DNA of 64,000 nucleotides from Flavobacteriaceae bacterium (GCA_947373225.1 CANBWX010000002.1:4970-68969); one strand, 5' to 3'. Shown: positions 8,611 to 19,708, counted from the stretch's first letter. The notes: generated from the letters alone by a model not told the origin. Numbers and translations are program-made.

Positions 8611-10808
8611 AAAAAATAGTATTATTCAGTTTTCTGTTTTTCACTTTCTTCACGTCGTTTTCTCAAGACGTTGTAAAAAAACCAAAAATTGGACTGGTTC
8701 TTAGTGGCGGAGGCGCAAAAGGTTTTGCGCATATTGGTGTTCTAAAAGTGCTGGAACAAGCTGGAGTAAAAATCGATTACATTGGCGGAACCAGTATGGG
8801 CGCAGTTGTTGGCGGACTTTATGCCACGGGTTATAGCGCCGCTCAAATTGATTCTATTTTTAAAACTACCAATTTCGACAAATTACTTCAAGATTTTATT
8901 CCTCGTTCGTCTAAGAATTTTTACGAAAAACGAAATGATGAATTGTATGCGGTTGTTTTACCTTTTAATAAATTCAAAATTGGAATTCCTGAAGCCTTGT
9001 CAAAAGGCTTGTATAATTACAATTTATTGAGTTCGATAACACGAGATGTAAGGTACGTTAGAGATTTTAATAAATTAAAAATTCCGTTTTTGTGCATTGC
9101 TACAAATATCGAAACAGGAGAAGAGGTTATTTTAAACAAAGGCAATTTAGCTCAGGATATGATTGCGAGTTCTGCATTTCCCTCTTTGTTTTCGCCTGTT
9201 GAAATGGATGGAAAACTTTTGATTGATGGTGGTGTGGCTAATAATTATCCCATAGAAGCAGTCCGAAAAATGGGTGCCGACATTATTATTGGTGTTGATG
9301 TTCAGGATGGTTTATTGAATAGAAAGGATCTAAAAGAAGCTACAAAAATATTAGGTCAAATTTCAGCTCTTCAAACTATTGAAAAAATGAAGATGAAAAT
9401 AGAGGATACCAATATTTACATAAAACCAGACATTAAAGATTATGGAGTTATTTCATTTGACAAAGGGCAAGAAATTATCCGAAAGGGGGAAGAAGCTGCT
9501 TTTTCAGTATATGAACAACTTAAAAAACTTGGAAATAAAGAGGGGTATGTGAAAAATAATCTGAAAGTATCCAATGATAGTCTTCAAATAAAATGTATAA
9601 ACATAAGCAGTTTAAATAATTATACACAATCCTATATAAAAGGTAAATTGCCTTTTAATGAAGGGAGTAAAATCAGTTATGAAGATTTAAGAGAAGGAAT
9701 CGATAATCTAAATGCTACTCAGAATTTTAGCATAATAAATTATTCATTTGAAGAAAATAATTCGATGGATGATTTAAAATTAAATTTGGTTGAAAACACG
9801 AATAGAACTTTTTTGAAATTTGGTTTGCATTATGATGACTTGTTTAAAAGTGGTGTTCTTATAAATCTAACTCAAAAAAAGACTTTTTTTAAAAATGACA
9901 TTGCCTCTTTAGACATCGTTCTTGGAGATAACATCAGGTATAATCTCGACTATTATATTGATAATGGTTTTTATTGGAGTTTTGGTTTTAAATCTCAATA
10001 TAACCAATTTAACAGAAATGTGGCTAAGGAAATAAGTAATTTAAACTTGGTCCCGTCGGGTTTAAATGCTATTAATATAGATTTTTCGGACTTCACCAAT
10101 CAGGCTTATTTTCAGACAATATTTGCTCAAAAATTTTTGATAGGATTAGGATCGGAGCTCAAATTATTACATATAAGTTCAGAAACCTTAGCGAATTCAA
10201 ATCCTATAATTGACAAGAGTAGCTATATAAGTTTGTTTGGGTATATGAAATATGATTCTTTTGACAACAAATATTTCCCTAAAAAAGGTTGGTACTTTTC
10301 AAGCAATATACAATCGTATTTGTTTTCTTCAAATTATACGGATAAGTTCAAGCCTTTTTCTATTGCAAAAGCTGATCTTGGGATTGCCAAAACAATTTTT
10401 AATAAGGCTACAATTAAGTTTCAAGCCGAAGGTGGACTTTCGTTTGGCAAACCAAGTATTTCGTTTTTTGATTTTGTTTTGGGCGGTTATGGGTATAATG
10501 CCATAAATAATTTTACACATTTTTATGGATATGATTTTTTAAGCTTGGCGGCAAATAGTTATTTGAAAGTTGCCGGAACACTGGATTATGAAATTTACAA
10601 AAAGAATCATGTGAATTTTTCAGCAAATTTTGCTAATGTTAAAGATGATCTTTTCCGATCCGTTAATTGGATTTCAGTTCCAAAATATTCAGGCTATGCC
10701 ATAGGTTACGGACTAGAAACAATAATTGGTCCAGTAGAGATTAAACATTCTTGGTCGCCAGAAACCTCGAAAGGATACACATGGGTTAGTGTTGGTTTTT
10801 GGTTTTAA
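8607..10808 (+). CDS. Patatin-like phospholipase with POTRA and C-terminal beta-barrel (PlpD/type Vd-like)
   Basis: Signal peptide, GGGAKG, GTSMG, DGG motifs; terminal VSVGFWF. Confidence 0.9.
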   Translation: MKKIVLFSFLFFTFFTSFSQDVVKKPKIGLVLSGGGAKGFAHIGVLKVLEQAGVKIDYIGGTSMGAVVGGLYATGYSAAQIDSIFKTTNFDKLLQDFIPRSSKNFYEKRNDELYAVVLPFNKFKIGIPEALSKGLYNYNLLSSITRDVRYVRDFNKLKIPFLCIATNIETGEEVILNKGNLAQDMIASSAFPSLFSPVEMDGKLLIDGGVANNYPIEAVRKMGADIIIGVDVQDGLLNRKDLKEATKILGQISALQTIEKMKMKIEDTNIYIKPDIKDYGVISFDKGQEIIRKGEEAAFSVYEQLKKLGNKEGYVKNNLKVSNDSLQIKCINISSLNNYTQSYIKGKLPFNEGSKISYEDLREGIDNLNATQNFSIINYSFEENNSMDDLKLNLVENTNRTFLKFGLHYDDLFKSGVLINLTQKKTFFKNDIASLDIVLGDNIRYNLDYYIDNGFYWSFGFKSQYNQFNRNVAKEISNLNLVPSGLNAINIDFSDFTNQAYFQTIFAQKFLIGLGSELKLLHISSETLANSNPIIDKSSYISLFGYMKYDSFDNKYFPKKGWYFSSNIQSYLFSSNYTDKFKPFSIAKADLGIAKTIFNKATIKFQAEGGLSFGKPSISFFDFVLGGYGYNAINNFTHFYGYDFLSLAANSYLKVAGTLDYEIYKKNHVNFSANFANVKDDLFRSVNWISVPKYSGYAIGYGLETIIGPVEIKHSWSPETSKGYTWVSVGFWF

Positions 10809-10988
10809 TTAAGATAAAATGTAAAATTCGATGATTTTAAGTTTTATGAAAATCATATATAATTATGAGTAATGCTAAAAAAAGAACTTTTTTTTATACA
10901 ATGTAAAAAAATAACCAACAAAAAATAAATGCCGTTGTAATGTTATGTTAAACTTTATTTTTTACTAAAAAAGACTTGAACGGTTAAC

Positions 10989-11115
10989 TAACTTTGCAAT
11001 TAGAAAAAGGGAAGGGGTGGTTTCCTTCTTGATTTTTTATAAATTTCATAATTTATAATTTTTTGGTTAGTTAATAGCATAAAAACTCAGTCATTATTTG
11101 ACTGAGTTTTTTTGT
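10989..11115 (+). ncRNA. Candidate ~110-nt sRNA
   Basis: -7 box TAACTTTG at 10989-10996, 5' hairpin, terminator AAAACTCAGTCA-TTATT-TGACTGAGTTTTTTT; the next gene has its own -7 box at 11121-11128. Confidence 0.45.
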
Positions 11116-11173
11116 TTTAATATATTTGGAACAAAATTTGCATTTACAGACAATATATAGTCTTATAAAAACG

Positions 11174-11947
11174 ATGAAAAAAATATTTCTATTATTGCTC
11201 TTTGTAACTACAGTCAGTTTCGATTCTCAAAAAGAAGATGCTTTTGGCGCTGGAGAATGGTTCAAATTTCGAATTCATTACGGTTTTGTTAATGCAGGTT
11301 TTGCTACTTTAGAGGTGAAAGATGCCACCATAAACAACAAGAAAGTCTTTCATGTTATAGGGCGAGGTTATACGGTGGGAATGTCTAGATTTTTTTTTAA
11401 AGTAGATGATTTATACGAAAGCTACATTGACAAGGAAACTAGAAATCCGTATCAATTTGTTAGAAAAATAGATGAAGGAGGTTATACAAAAAATCAGGAA
11501 GGGTTTTTTAATCCATCGGAAAATCGGGTTTTAGTAAAAGATTATGAATACAAAACCGAAAAAACAATCGTTATCCCAAAGAATACACAAGACATTATGT
11601 CATCCTTTTATTATTTGCGAAATAATCCAAATATAGATAAAGTAAAACCAGGTGAATCTATAGCGATTGATATGTTTTTTGATGACACAACTACAAAATT
11701 TAGGTTAAAGTTTTTAGGACGAGAAGATATTACCACTAAATTTGGGGTTGTTTCGACTATGATTTTTAGGCCTTTGGTTCAATCTGGTCGAGTTTTTAAA
11801 GAACAAGAAAGTGTAACGGTTTGGATTTCAGATGACGATAACAAATTGCCTGTTAGAATAAAAGCCAGTCTTACTGTAGGTTCTATCAAAGCAGATTTAG
11901 AAGAATTTAAAGGGTTGAAATACCCTTTTAAGATAAAAATTAATTAA
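11174..11947 (+). CDS. DUF3108 family protein
   Basis: MKKIFLLLLF signal peptide from ATG 11174 (the ORF track's TTG start is probably too early); GEWFKFRIHYG, WISDDDNKLPVRI. Confidence 0.8.
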   Translation: MKKIFLLLLFVTTVSFDSQKEDAFGAGEWFKFRIHYGFVNAGFATLEVKDATINNKKVFHVIGRGYTVGMSRFFFKVDDLYESYIDKETRNPYQFVRKIDEGGYTKNQEGFFNPSENRVLVKDYEYKTEKTIVIPKNTQDIMSSFYYLRNNPNIDKVKPGESIAIDMFFDDTTTKFRLKFLGREDITTKFGVVSTMIFRPLVQSGRVFKEQESVTVWISDDDNKLPVRIKASLTVGSIKADLEEFKGLKYPFKIKIN

Positions 11948-12020
11948 GGAAAACCCCAATTTTCAGAATTATAAAATGAATTACAGTTTTATTTTGGAAA
12001 ATGAAAAACGATTTATTTAA

Positions 12021-13256
12021 ATGTATAACACACTCATTTTAAAAAAAGTAGCTCTACTTGTAATTATTTTGCTTATAATGTTTTCTTGCAAAAAAGCAGA
12101 AACTATAAGTCTAATTCCAGATCAAAAACCACATACCGAAATAGAACAATTTGGTTTTAAAACAAGTGATTTTAATGTTTTAAATGATACGATTCGAAAA
12201 GGATATACTTTTGGTGGAATTTTAGAAAATCAAAATCTTGGAGAAAAAAAAGTCTTTGATATTTTGCAAAAAGTTAAAGATAGTTTTAACATCAAGACGA
12301 TTAAAATAGGGAAAGCTTTTACTTTATTAAGATCAAAAGATCGGTATAAAAAACTACAGGTTATTGTCTATCAACCAGATCAAACGAATTATTATGTTGT
12401 TGATTTGAGAGATTCGGTTTTGGTATATAAAAAAACAAGGCCAATCCGAATAAAACAAAGAACAATTTCTGGGAAACTAGATGGTTCATTGTCCGAAGCT
12501 CTAAATAAACAGCGAGTAGATCCTGCTTTGGCTAATAAATTGACAAAAGTTTATGCTTGGTCAATCGATTTTTTTAAGTTGAAAAAAGGAGATAAATTCG
12601 GAATTACTTTTACCGAAAGATATATTGATGACACTATTTATGACGGAGTCGATAGTCTAAAAGCAGCTTTTTTTGAATATAAAGGAAAATTAATTTATGC
12701 TTTTCCTTTTGCTCAAAATACAGGTTCGGGAAAATTAGATTATTATGACGATCAAGGAAAAGCACTTAAGAATTTTTTCCTAAAAGCGCCACTTAAATTT
12801 GTGAATATCACCTCGCATTTTACTCAAAATAGATTTCATCCTGTGCAACTTATTTGGAAAGCACACAAAGGCACAGATTATGCCGCACCAACAGGAACGC
12901 CAATTATGACAACTGCTGCAGGAGTTGTTGAGCAAACGGGCTATACAGCTGGAAATGGAAATTTTGTAAAAGTAAAACACGATAAAACCTATTCGACACA
13001 ATATTTGCACATGTCTAAAATTTTAGTCAGAAAAGGGCAAAGAGTTGCTCAAGGTGCTATCATTGGTAAAGTTGGAAGTACAGGATTAGCCACAGGACCA
13101 CATGTATGTTATCGTTTTTGGAAAGACGGAGTTCAAGTAGACGCTTTGAAACTAAAATTGCCAAATTCTCAACAAATGGAGAGTAAAAATCTTCCGAGAT
13201 TTAGAGCTCAAATAAAACCATTGAAAAGAGAGTTAGATAGTGTTGCAAATTTATAA
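12021..13256 (+). CDS. M23 family peptidoglycan DD-endopeptidase (MepM-like), probable lipoprotein
   Basis: FSC lipobox-like site, HKGTDYAAP, YLHM, ATGPHVCY. Confidence 0.92.
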   Translation: MYNTLILKKVALLVIILLIMFSCKKAETISLIPDQKPHTEIEQFGFKTSDFNVLNDTIRKGYTFGGILENQNLGEKKVFDILQKVKDSFNIKTIKIGKAFTLLRSKDRYKKLQVIVYQPDQTNYYVVDLRDSVLVYKKTRPIRIKQRTISGKLDGSLSEALNKQRVDPALANKLTKVYAWSIDFFKLKKGDKFGITFTERYIDDTIYDGVDSLKAAFFEYKGKLIYAFPFAQNTGSGKLDYYDDQGKALKNFFLKAPLKFVNITSHFTQNRFHPVQLIWKAHKGTDYAAPTGTPIMTTAAGVVEQTGYTAGNGNFVKVKHDKTYSTQYLHMSKILVRKGQRVAQGAIIGKVGSTGLATGPHVCYRFWKDGVQVDALKLKLPNSQQMESKNLPRFRAQIKPLKRELDSVANL

Positions 13257-13341
13257 TTCAACAAATCAATTTTCATTCTAATGTTGTAAATTTGCATTGC
13301 AAAAAATTTAAAAAAAAATAAACTCACGAATAAATAGCATA

Positions 13342-14985
13342 ATGGCATTACAAAATACGAATCCCACAAATACAATTGCTTGGCAAAAACTTCAGAAACA
13401 TTTTCAAGAAATGCAAAATGCTTCAATGGTTTCTATGTTCAAGGATGATACGACAAGAACAGCACAATTTCATGTGAAATGGAATGATTTTGTTGTTGAT
13501 TATTCTAAGAACATCATCAATAAGGAAACAATGAATTTGTTGCTAGAATTAGCAAATGAAGCACAATTGAAAGAGGCAATTACTAAATATTTTGATGGTG
13601 ACATCATTAATCAAACCGAAAACAGAGCTGTTCTGCATACCGCTTTGCGCGCAAAATCGACTTCAAATATAAAAGTTGATGGCGAAAATGTAATTCCGGA
13701 AGTTGTTGAGGTTAAAAACAAAATCAAAACTTTTACTAACGAAGTTGTAAACGGTGACAGAAAAGGATACACAGGAAAATCATTTACTGATGTTGTAAAT
13801 ATTGGGATTGGTGGCTCAGACCTTGGCCCAGTTATGGTTGTTGAAGCTTTGCAATATTATAAAAACCATTTGAACCTTCATTTTGTTTCGAATGTAGATG
13901 GAGATCATGTAAATGAAATTATCAAGAAATTAAACCCAGAAACGACCCTTTTTGTTATTGTTTCTAAAACATTTACAACCCAAGAAACACTTACAAACTC
14001 GGAAACCATCAAAGAATGGTTTTTGAAATCAGCAAAACAAGAAGATGTTGCGAAACATTTTGTGGCGGTTTCGACTAATTTAAAAAATGTAACCGAATTT
14101 GGGATTAATCCTGAAAATGTTTTCCCGATGTGGGATTGGGTTGGCGGTCGTTTTTCTTTGTGGAGCGCTGTAGGTCTTTCGATAAGCTTGGCCGTTGGTT
14201 ATGATAATTTCGAGGAATTATTAAGCGGAGCTAACGAAATGGACAACCATTTTAAAACCGAATCTTTCGATAAAAACATTCCAGTTATATTGGCTTTGTT
14301 AAGTATTTGGTATAACAACTTTTTTGGAGCCGAAAGCGAAGCATTAATTCCATACACTCAATATTTGCAAAAACTAGCGCCTTATTTGCAACAAGGAACT
14401 ATGGAAAGTAATGGGAAAAGCGTTGATAGAGACGGAAAACCAGTAAATTATCAAACAGGAACTATTATTTGGGGAGAACCAGGAACGAATTCGCAACACG
14501 CCTTTTTTCAATTAATTCACCAAGGGACAAAATTGATTCCTACTGATTTTATTGGATTTGTAAAACCATTATATGGTAATGAAGATCATCATGATAAGCT
14601 TATGTCGAACTTTTTTGCTCAAACCGAAGCCTTGATGAACGGAAAAACAAAGGAGCAAGTTCAAGCCGAATTCGATAAACAAGGACTTTCTAAAGAAAAA
14701 GCAGATTTCCTTTTACCGTTTAAAGTATTCGCAGGAAACAAACCAACAAACACTTTTTTAATACAAAAATTGACACCAAAATCTTTAGGTTCTTTGGTAG
14801 CATTATATGAGCATAAGATTTTTGTACAAGGAATTCTTTGGAACATTTTTAGTTTTGACCAATGGGGTGTTGAACTTGGTAAACAATTGGCCAACTCAAT
14901 TCTTGCTGAAATCAATTCTAAAAAAATCAATTCTCATGATAGTTCTACAAGCTTTTTATTAGATTATTTTTTAAAGAATAAATAG
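13342..14985 (+). CDS. pgi: Glucose-6-phosphate isomerase
   Basis: [39 protein letters not shown]. Confidence 0.98.
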   Translation: MALQNTNPTNTIAWQKLQKHFQEMQNASMVSMFKDDTTRTAQFHVKWNDFVVDYSKNIINKETMNLLLELANEAQLKEAITKYFDGDIINQTENRAVLHTALRAKSTSNIKVDGENVIPEVVEVKNKIKTFTNEVVNGDRKGYTGKSFTDVVNIGIGGSDLGPVMVVEALQYYKNHLNLHFVSNVDGDHVNEIIKKLNPETTLFVIVSKTFTTQETLTNSETIKEWFLKSAKQEDVAKHFVAVSTNLKNVTEFGINPENVFPMWDWVGGRFSLWSAVGLSISLAVGYDNFEELLSGANEMDNHFKTESFDKNIPVILALLSIWYNNFFGAESEALIPYTQYLQKLAPYLQQGTMESNGKSVDRDGKPVNYQTGTIIWGEPGTNSQHAFFQLIHQGTKLIPTDFIGFVKPLYGNEDHHDKLMSNFFAQTEALMNGKTKEQVQAEFDKQGLSKEKADFLLPFKVFAGNKPTNTFLIQKLTPKSLGSLVALYEHKIFVQGILWNIFSFDQWGVELGKQLANSILAEINSKKINSHDSSTSFLLDYFLKNK

Positions 14986-15015
14986 CAGTTATTTTTGCTT
15001 AATTAATTTTTCATT

Positions 15016-15047
15016 AAACCCTGATTTTTTAAAATCAGGGTTTTTTT
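15016..15047 (+). terminator. Intrinsic terminator after pgi
   Basis: AAACCCTGATTTT-TT-AAAATCAGGGTTT followed by T run. Confidence 0.85.
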
Positions 15048-15297
15048 ATATAGCTTTTTTGTTATAAAAATCTATTTAAACTCCATAAATCTCAATTTGT
15101 ATGACTTGTAATTTTTTATATGTTTAAAAAATTAACAGTTAAAATCATATTAAATCATATTATTCATTGTTTTTTTATGTAATAATTATAAAATTCTTTT
15201 AAAAAAAGCAAGTCTCTAAAAAACACATACACTTAACATTATCTTAACTTAATGTGAAAGAAATGTTATAATTTTGCAAAAATAAAACTAAACAACT

Positions 15298-18096
15298 ATG
15301 AAAACAATTAACAATTGGTTATTATCTGGATTGCTGTTTATGGTAATTTCGACGGTATTTTCACAAGGAAAAATTATTGGAAAGATTACTGATGGTCAAA
15401 ACTCTTTGCCTGGTGCAAATGTTGCCATCAAAGGAACTAAAATCGCAGCATCTGCAGATTTCGACGGTGTATTCTCTATTAGCACAACTACAACTGCAGG
15501 AGAATTAGTTATTACTTTTGTTGGTAATGTAACAAAAACAATCAAATACTCAGTTTCAAAAGGAGGTACTACTGACTTAGGAACTATTGTTTTGGGAAGT
15601 AATTCAAACGAATTAAAAGAAATTGTTATTACATCTGGTGTTGCAGATATTGCAAAGGGTAGAAAAACACCTGTTGCCGTTTCTACTATTAAAGCAGCAG
15701 AAATTCAAGAAAAATTAGGAACTCGTGAATTCCCTGAAATTCTTAGAAATACGCCATCAGTTTATACAACTAAAGCAGGTGGAGGTTTTGGAGATTCAAG
15801 AATCAATATTCGAGGATTTAACCAAAATAACATTGCGGTTTTGATTAATGGGGTTCCTGTAAATGATATGGAAAACGCTTCTGTTTACTGGAGTAACTGG
15901 GCAGGTTTGTCTGATGTAACTTCAGCAATGCAAGTACAAAGAGGATTGGGTTCTTCTAAACTAGCGATTTCTTCGGTGGGAGGAACAATAAATGTTTTGA
16001 CAAAATCATCTGAATTGAAAGAAGGTGGTGCTGTATCTTCTACTTTTGGTAATGGAGATTATTTAAAAGTACAAGGTTCTTACAATACAGGAGTTATGAA
16101 AAATGGTTTTTCGGCATCTGTATTATTGAGTTCAACTACTGGAAACGGATATGTTGACGGTACAAAATTTGAAGGTAAAAACTACTATATTGCCTTTGGT
16201 TACAAACCAAATGACAAACATGACATTCAGTTTACTTTTACAGGTGCTCCTCAATGGCATGATCAAAGAACTTCGGGTATTACACTAGCAACTTACCAAC
16301 AATATGGTTCTGTTGATAAACCAAATACGAGATACAATTCTGACTGGGGTTATTTGAATGGTAAAGAATTTAATATGAGAAAAAACTTTTATCATAAGCC
16401 AGTAGCTTCTATTAACTGGGATTGGAAAGTTGGCGAAAACACAAAAATCTCAACCATCGTTTATGGTTCATGGGGAAGAGGAGGAGGAGCTTCAGGTATT
16501 GGAGGAATAAGAGGACTTAATTACTTGAATACTGCCTTTAGAACTGCTGATGGTTTAGTCGATTTTGCTAAAATTCAAGCATATAATGCAGGACAAACAG
16601 AAATGATTAACGGAGTTGCTAGAACAAGAACTCTAGCTGGTGGTTTGTATGAAAATAGTTTCTACACAGGCAGTGGTACAATTACTGCTGGTTCACCTAC
16701 CGGAACTGGTCCTTCATCTTCTGGAATTTCTAGAATTAATTCTTATAATTCGCATGACTGGTATGGTGCAATTGTTAAATTGAATCAAAAATTAGGAGCT
16801 AATTTTAATTTAGATTTTGGTATTGATGCAAGAACGTATAAAGGAATTCATTATCAAGGAATAAGTGATTTATTAGGCGCAAGTGCATTCGTTGATGTTT
16901 CATCAAACGTAAACAGCCTTAATTATGTAGCAACACAAACTTACACTTCGGCTCCTTCTAATAATCCGTTTGCAAGTGCAGATATAGCTCAAAAAGTGGG
17001 TTATAACTATTATAGTAAAGTAAACTGGTACGGAGCATTTACTCAATTAGAATATTCTAAAGATAATTTAACTGCTTTTGTACAAGGTGCTGTTTCTGAA
17101 CAAGGATTCAAAAAAGTAGATGCTTTTACTTATGCTCCAACAAATCCACTTTCAAACACAAGTTTCAAAAATATTTTGGGAGGAAACGTAAAAGCAGGTG
17201 CTAACTACAACATCAACGAGCAAAACAATGTTTTTATAAACACAGGTTATTATTCTAAACAACCCGCTTTTGGTTCTGTTTATCCAAATAATAAATCAGT
17301 AGTTAATGACAATACCGTTAATGAAAAAATTGCAGGATTAGAAGCTGGTTATGGTTTCCGTTCAAGAATTTTTACAGCAAATGTTAATTTATATTACACT
17401 ACTTGGAAAGACAGATTTGCAACTTTAACAGATGTAGATCCTTCAAATCCACAAGGGTATTTTAGTTTTTCTGGAATAAATGAAACCCATACAGGTGTTG
17501 AGTTTGAAGGTAATGCTAGAGTTACTAATCAATTGAAAATTAATGCTATGTTCTCAATAGGTGACTGGAGATATAAAGGGCAAGCGACTAGTAATAGATA
17601 TGATGTTTCAAACAATCCAGTTGCTGGAGGAACTGCTCAAACATTATACCTTGATAATGTAAAAGTGGGTGATGCCGCCCAAACAACAGCTTCATTAGGA
17701 GCTACTTATGAAGTTTTGCCAAGATTTACAGTAGATGCCAATTATAACTTTAATGATAAATTATATGCTGCAATTTCGCCTACTAACTTTGGTTCTTCAA
17801 CAAACAAAGGAGCTTTGCAATTGCATTCTTACGGGGTGTATGACACTGGTTTCTCTTATAAATTGCCAGTGGGTCCGCACAAATCAAATTCAGTTAATTT
17901 TAGATTGAATGTAAACAATGTTTTTGATAAAATTTATATAGCTGAATCTAAAACTAATATTTTTGCTTCTGATATTAAATCAGGAACAACTACTTATGCA
18001 CAAGCAGGTGCATTATACCATGGTATAGCAACTGCAAATCAGGTATTCTTTGGTTACGGAAGAACATGGGATTTTAGTGTACGTTACAATTTCTAA
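15298..18096 (+). CDS. TonB-dependent receptor with N-terminal carboxypeptidase-regulatory-like domain
   Basis: Signal peptide, LPGANVAIKGT, plug domain (RINIRGF...LINGVPVND), terminal VRYNF. Confidence 0.93.
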   Translation: MKTINNWLLSGLLFMVISTVFSQGKIIGKITDGQNSLPGANVAIKGTKIAASADFDGVFSISTTTTAGELVITFVGNVTKTIKYSVSKGGTTDLGTIVLGSNSNELKEIVITSGVADIAKGRKTPVAVSTIKAAEIQEKLGTREFPEILRNTPSVYTTKAGGGFGDSRINIRGFNQNNIAVLINGVPVNDMENASVYWSNWAGLSDVTSAMQVQRGLGSSKLAISSVGGTINVLTKSSELKEGGAVSSTFGNGDYLKVQGSYNTGVMKNGFSASVLLSSTTGNGYVDGTKFEGKNYYIAFGYKPNDKHDIQFTFTGAPQWHDQRTSGITLATYQQYGSVDKPNTRYNSDWGYLNGKEFNMRKNFYHKPVASINWDWKVGENTKISTIVYGSWGRGGGASGIGGIRGLNYLNTAFRTADGLVDFAKIQAYNAGQTEMINGVARTRTLAGGLYENSFYTGSGTITAGSPTGTGPSSSGISRINSYNSHDWYGAIVKLNQKLGANFNLDFGIDARTYKGIHYQGISDLLGASAFVDVSSNVNSLNYVATQTYTSAPSNNPFASADIAQKVGYNYYSKVNWYGAFTQLEYSKDNLTAFVQGAVSEQGFKKVDAFTYAPTNPLSNTSFKNILGGNVKAGANYNINEQNNVFINTGYYSKQPAFGSVYPNNKSVVNDNTVNEKIAGLEAGYGFRSRIFTANVNLYYTTWKDRFATLTDVDPSNPQGYFSFSGINETHTGVEFEGNARVTNQLKINAMFSIGDWRYKGQATSNRYDVSNNPVAGGTAQTLYLDNVKVGDAAQTTASLGATYEVLPRFTVDANYNFNDKLYAAISPTNFGSSTNKGALQLHSYGVYDTGFSYKLPVGPHKSNSVNFRLNVNNVFDKIYIAESKTNIFASDIKSGTTTYAQAGALYHGIATANQVFFGYGRTWDFSVRYNF

Positions 18097-18115
18097 ACAA
18101 TAAGTTACTAATTGC

Positions 18116-18153
18116 AAAACGGCATCGAGCTAAAATTCGATGCCGTTTTTTTT
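18116..18153 (+). terminator. Intrinsic terminator after the TonB-dependent receptor
   Basis: AAAACGGCATCGA-loop-TCGATGCCGTTTT followed by T run. Confidence 0.9.
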
Positions 18154-18196
18154 ATGCCTTTTTTTATTTATATTTGTTGAAACAAAAACTTATTTT

Positions 18197-18619
18197 ATGT
18201 ACGAATTTATTCAAAAATTTCATTCTGGCTGGGCTTATCTAGCGCTTTTAGTATTAGTAATTGCAGTAGTCAATTCATTGATTGGACTATTTTCAAAAAA
18301 AGAATTTACCGCAAAAGATCGTAAAATTGCCATATTTGGCTTAGCAGGAATACATACCCAATTATTAATTGGCTTAATTTTATATTTTGTTTCCCCAATA
18401 GGTTTTACCTCATTAGGTCAAATGGCTGATAAATCAGTACGTTTAACATCATTAGAACACCCGCTCATCAATCTAATTGGTATTGCTTTGATTACAATTG
18501 GCTGGATGAAACATAAAAAATTAACTACTAGTGAATCAAAATTCAAGACTTTTTCTATATACTATGGTTTAGGATTAGTACTTATATTAAGTAGAATTCC
18601 TTGGTCGTTGTGGTTTTAA
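18197..18619 (+). CDS. Conserved 4-TM membrane protein with His residues (cytochrome b-like family)
   Basis: ATG 18197 after -7 box TATATTTG; HSGWAY, HTQLLIG, LEHP. Confidence 0.7.
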   Translation: MYEFIQKFHSGWAYLALLVLVIAVVNSLIGLFSKKEFTAKDRKIAIFGLAGIHTQLLIGLILYFVSPIGFTSLGQMADKSVRLTSLEHPLINLIGIALITIGWMKHKKLTTSESKFKTFSIYYGLGLVLILSRIPWSLWF

Positions 18620-18697
18620 GAAACTAAAAAAGGTCCTAAAAAGGACTTTTTTTTACTTAGGTATGATTTTTGCCAAACAGAGTTAAAAAACAAAAAA

Positions 18698-19237
18698 ATG
18701 AAAAAAATAGTTACCCTTTTTCTTTCCGTTTTAATTATTGGTTTAACCAATGGTCAGTCTTTGCACAAGCGAAAACACAAATCTTCGTCACAAAAGGATA
18801 GTATTAAAAAAAGTAAAACTCTAGTTGAAAAAGAAGACAAGTCGGTTTTGTTAAAAGATACAATCGATAAAAATAAAACACTTCTTATTCAGCAAGAACC
18901 TGTTTTAGACACTTTATCATTTGAAATGGGCAAATTAAAAACCTTCAAAAAGAATGCCCATGCCTCATATTATGCCGATAAATTTAACGGAAAAAGAACA
19001 ACTAGTGGTAAAAGATTTGACAATAATAAATTTACAGCAGCTCACAAGAAACTACCTTTTGGAACTAAAATAAAAGTTACCAATCAAGCCAATGGAAAAT
19101 CAGTAATTGTAGAAGTTATAGATAGAGGGCCATTTGTAAGATCACGTGAAATAGACCTTTCTAAACGTGCTTTTATGCAAATTGCCAGCATCAAATCTTC
19201 TGGAAGTATGATTGTAACTATCGAAGTAGAAAAATAA
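18698..19237 (+). CDS. rlpA: Septal ring lytic transglycosylase RlpA family protein
   Basis: ASYYADKFNGKRTTSG, TAAHKKLPFGT, DRGPF, IDLSKRAF. Confidence 0.92.
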   Translation: MKKIVTLFLSVLIIGLTNGQSLHKRKHKSSSQKDSIKKSKTLVEKEDKSVLLKDTIDKNKTLLIQQEPVLDTLSFEMGKLKTFKKNAHASYYADKFNGKRTTSGKRFDNNKFTAAHKKLPFGTKIKVTNQANGKSVIVEVIDRGPFVRSREIDLSKRAFMQIASIKSSGSMIVTIEVEK

Positions 19238-19708
19238 TTATCTCCAATCTTTAAATGGTTTTTTGCTTAAGTAAGAATTATAGTATCGTTTATCGTTTGT
19301 AACCTCTTCACCTATCCAAGATGGTTTTTCGAATGTTTCGGTTTCTGAATTGAGTTCCACTTCGGCCATAATCAGACCTTCATTTTCGCCATAAAACTCA
19401 TCTACTTCAAAAATGTGGTTGCCTATTTTTACCTCAAAACGAGTTTTATCGATTACTCCTTTTTCGCATAAAAGCATTAATTGTTGCGCTTCCTCAAGAG
19501 GGATTTCCTTTTCCCACTCAAATCGCGACAAGCCCGATTCGTTTGAGGCTCCTTTTATGGTCAAGAATCCCTTATTTCCTTTTATGCGCACACGAACCGT
19601 GCGTCCTGGAACAGAACTCAAATAACCCTGTGCAATTCGGTTTTGGGCGAAAGCTTCTTTTTTGAAAGCTTCCGATGAGGTCAGGAATTTTCTTTCTATT
19701 TCTATCAT
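19238..19708 (-). CDS. CYTH domain protein
   Basis: EIERKFL, QGYL, VRVRI, KTRF, EVDEF, AEVEL. Confidence 0.93.
   Translation of the reverse strand: MIEIERKFLTSSEAFKKEAFAQNRIAQGYLSSVPGRTVRVRIKGNKGFLTIKGASNESGLSRFEWEKEIPLEEAQQLMLLCEKGVIDKTRFEVKIGNHIFEVDEFYGENEGLIMAEVELNSETETFEKPSWIGEEVTNDKRYYNSYLSKKPFKDWR

Noticed and set aside
10926-10953. Possible dif site (TTATGTTAAAC resembles a XerD arm)
   Set aside because: The left arm (TAAATGCCGTT) does not resemble a XerC arm and lacks the inner ATAA symmetry.
10809-12020. Possible loss of aromatic amino-acid catabolism genes recalled near DUF3108 in other Flavobacterium
   Set aside because: Based only on recalled synteny; I could not identify any remnants in the sequence.
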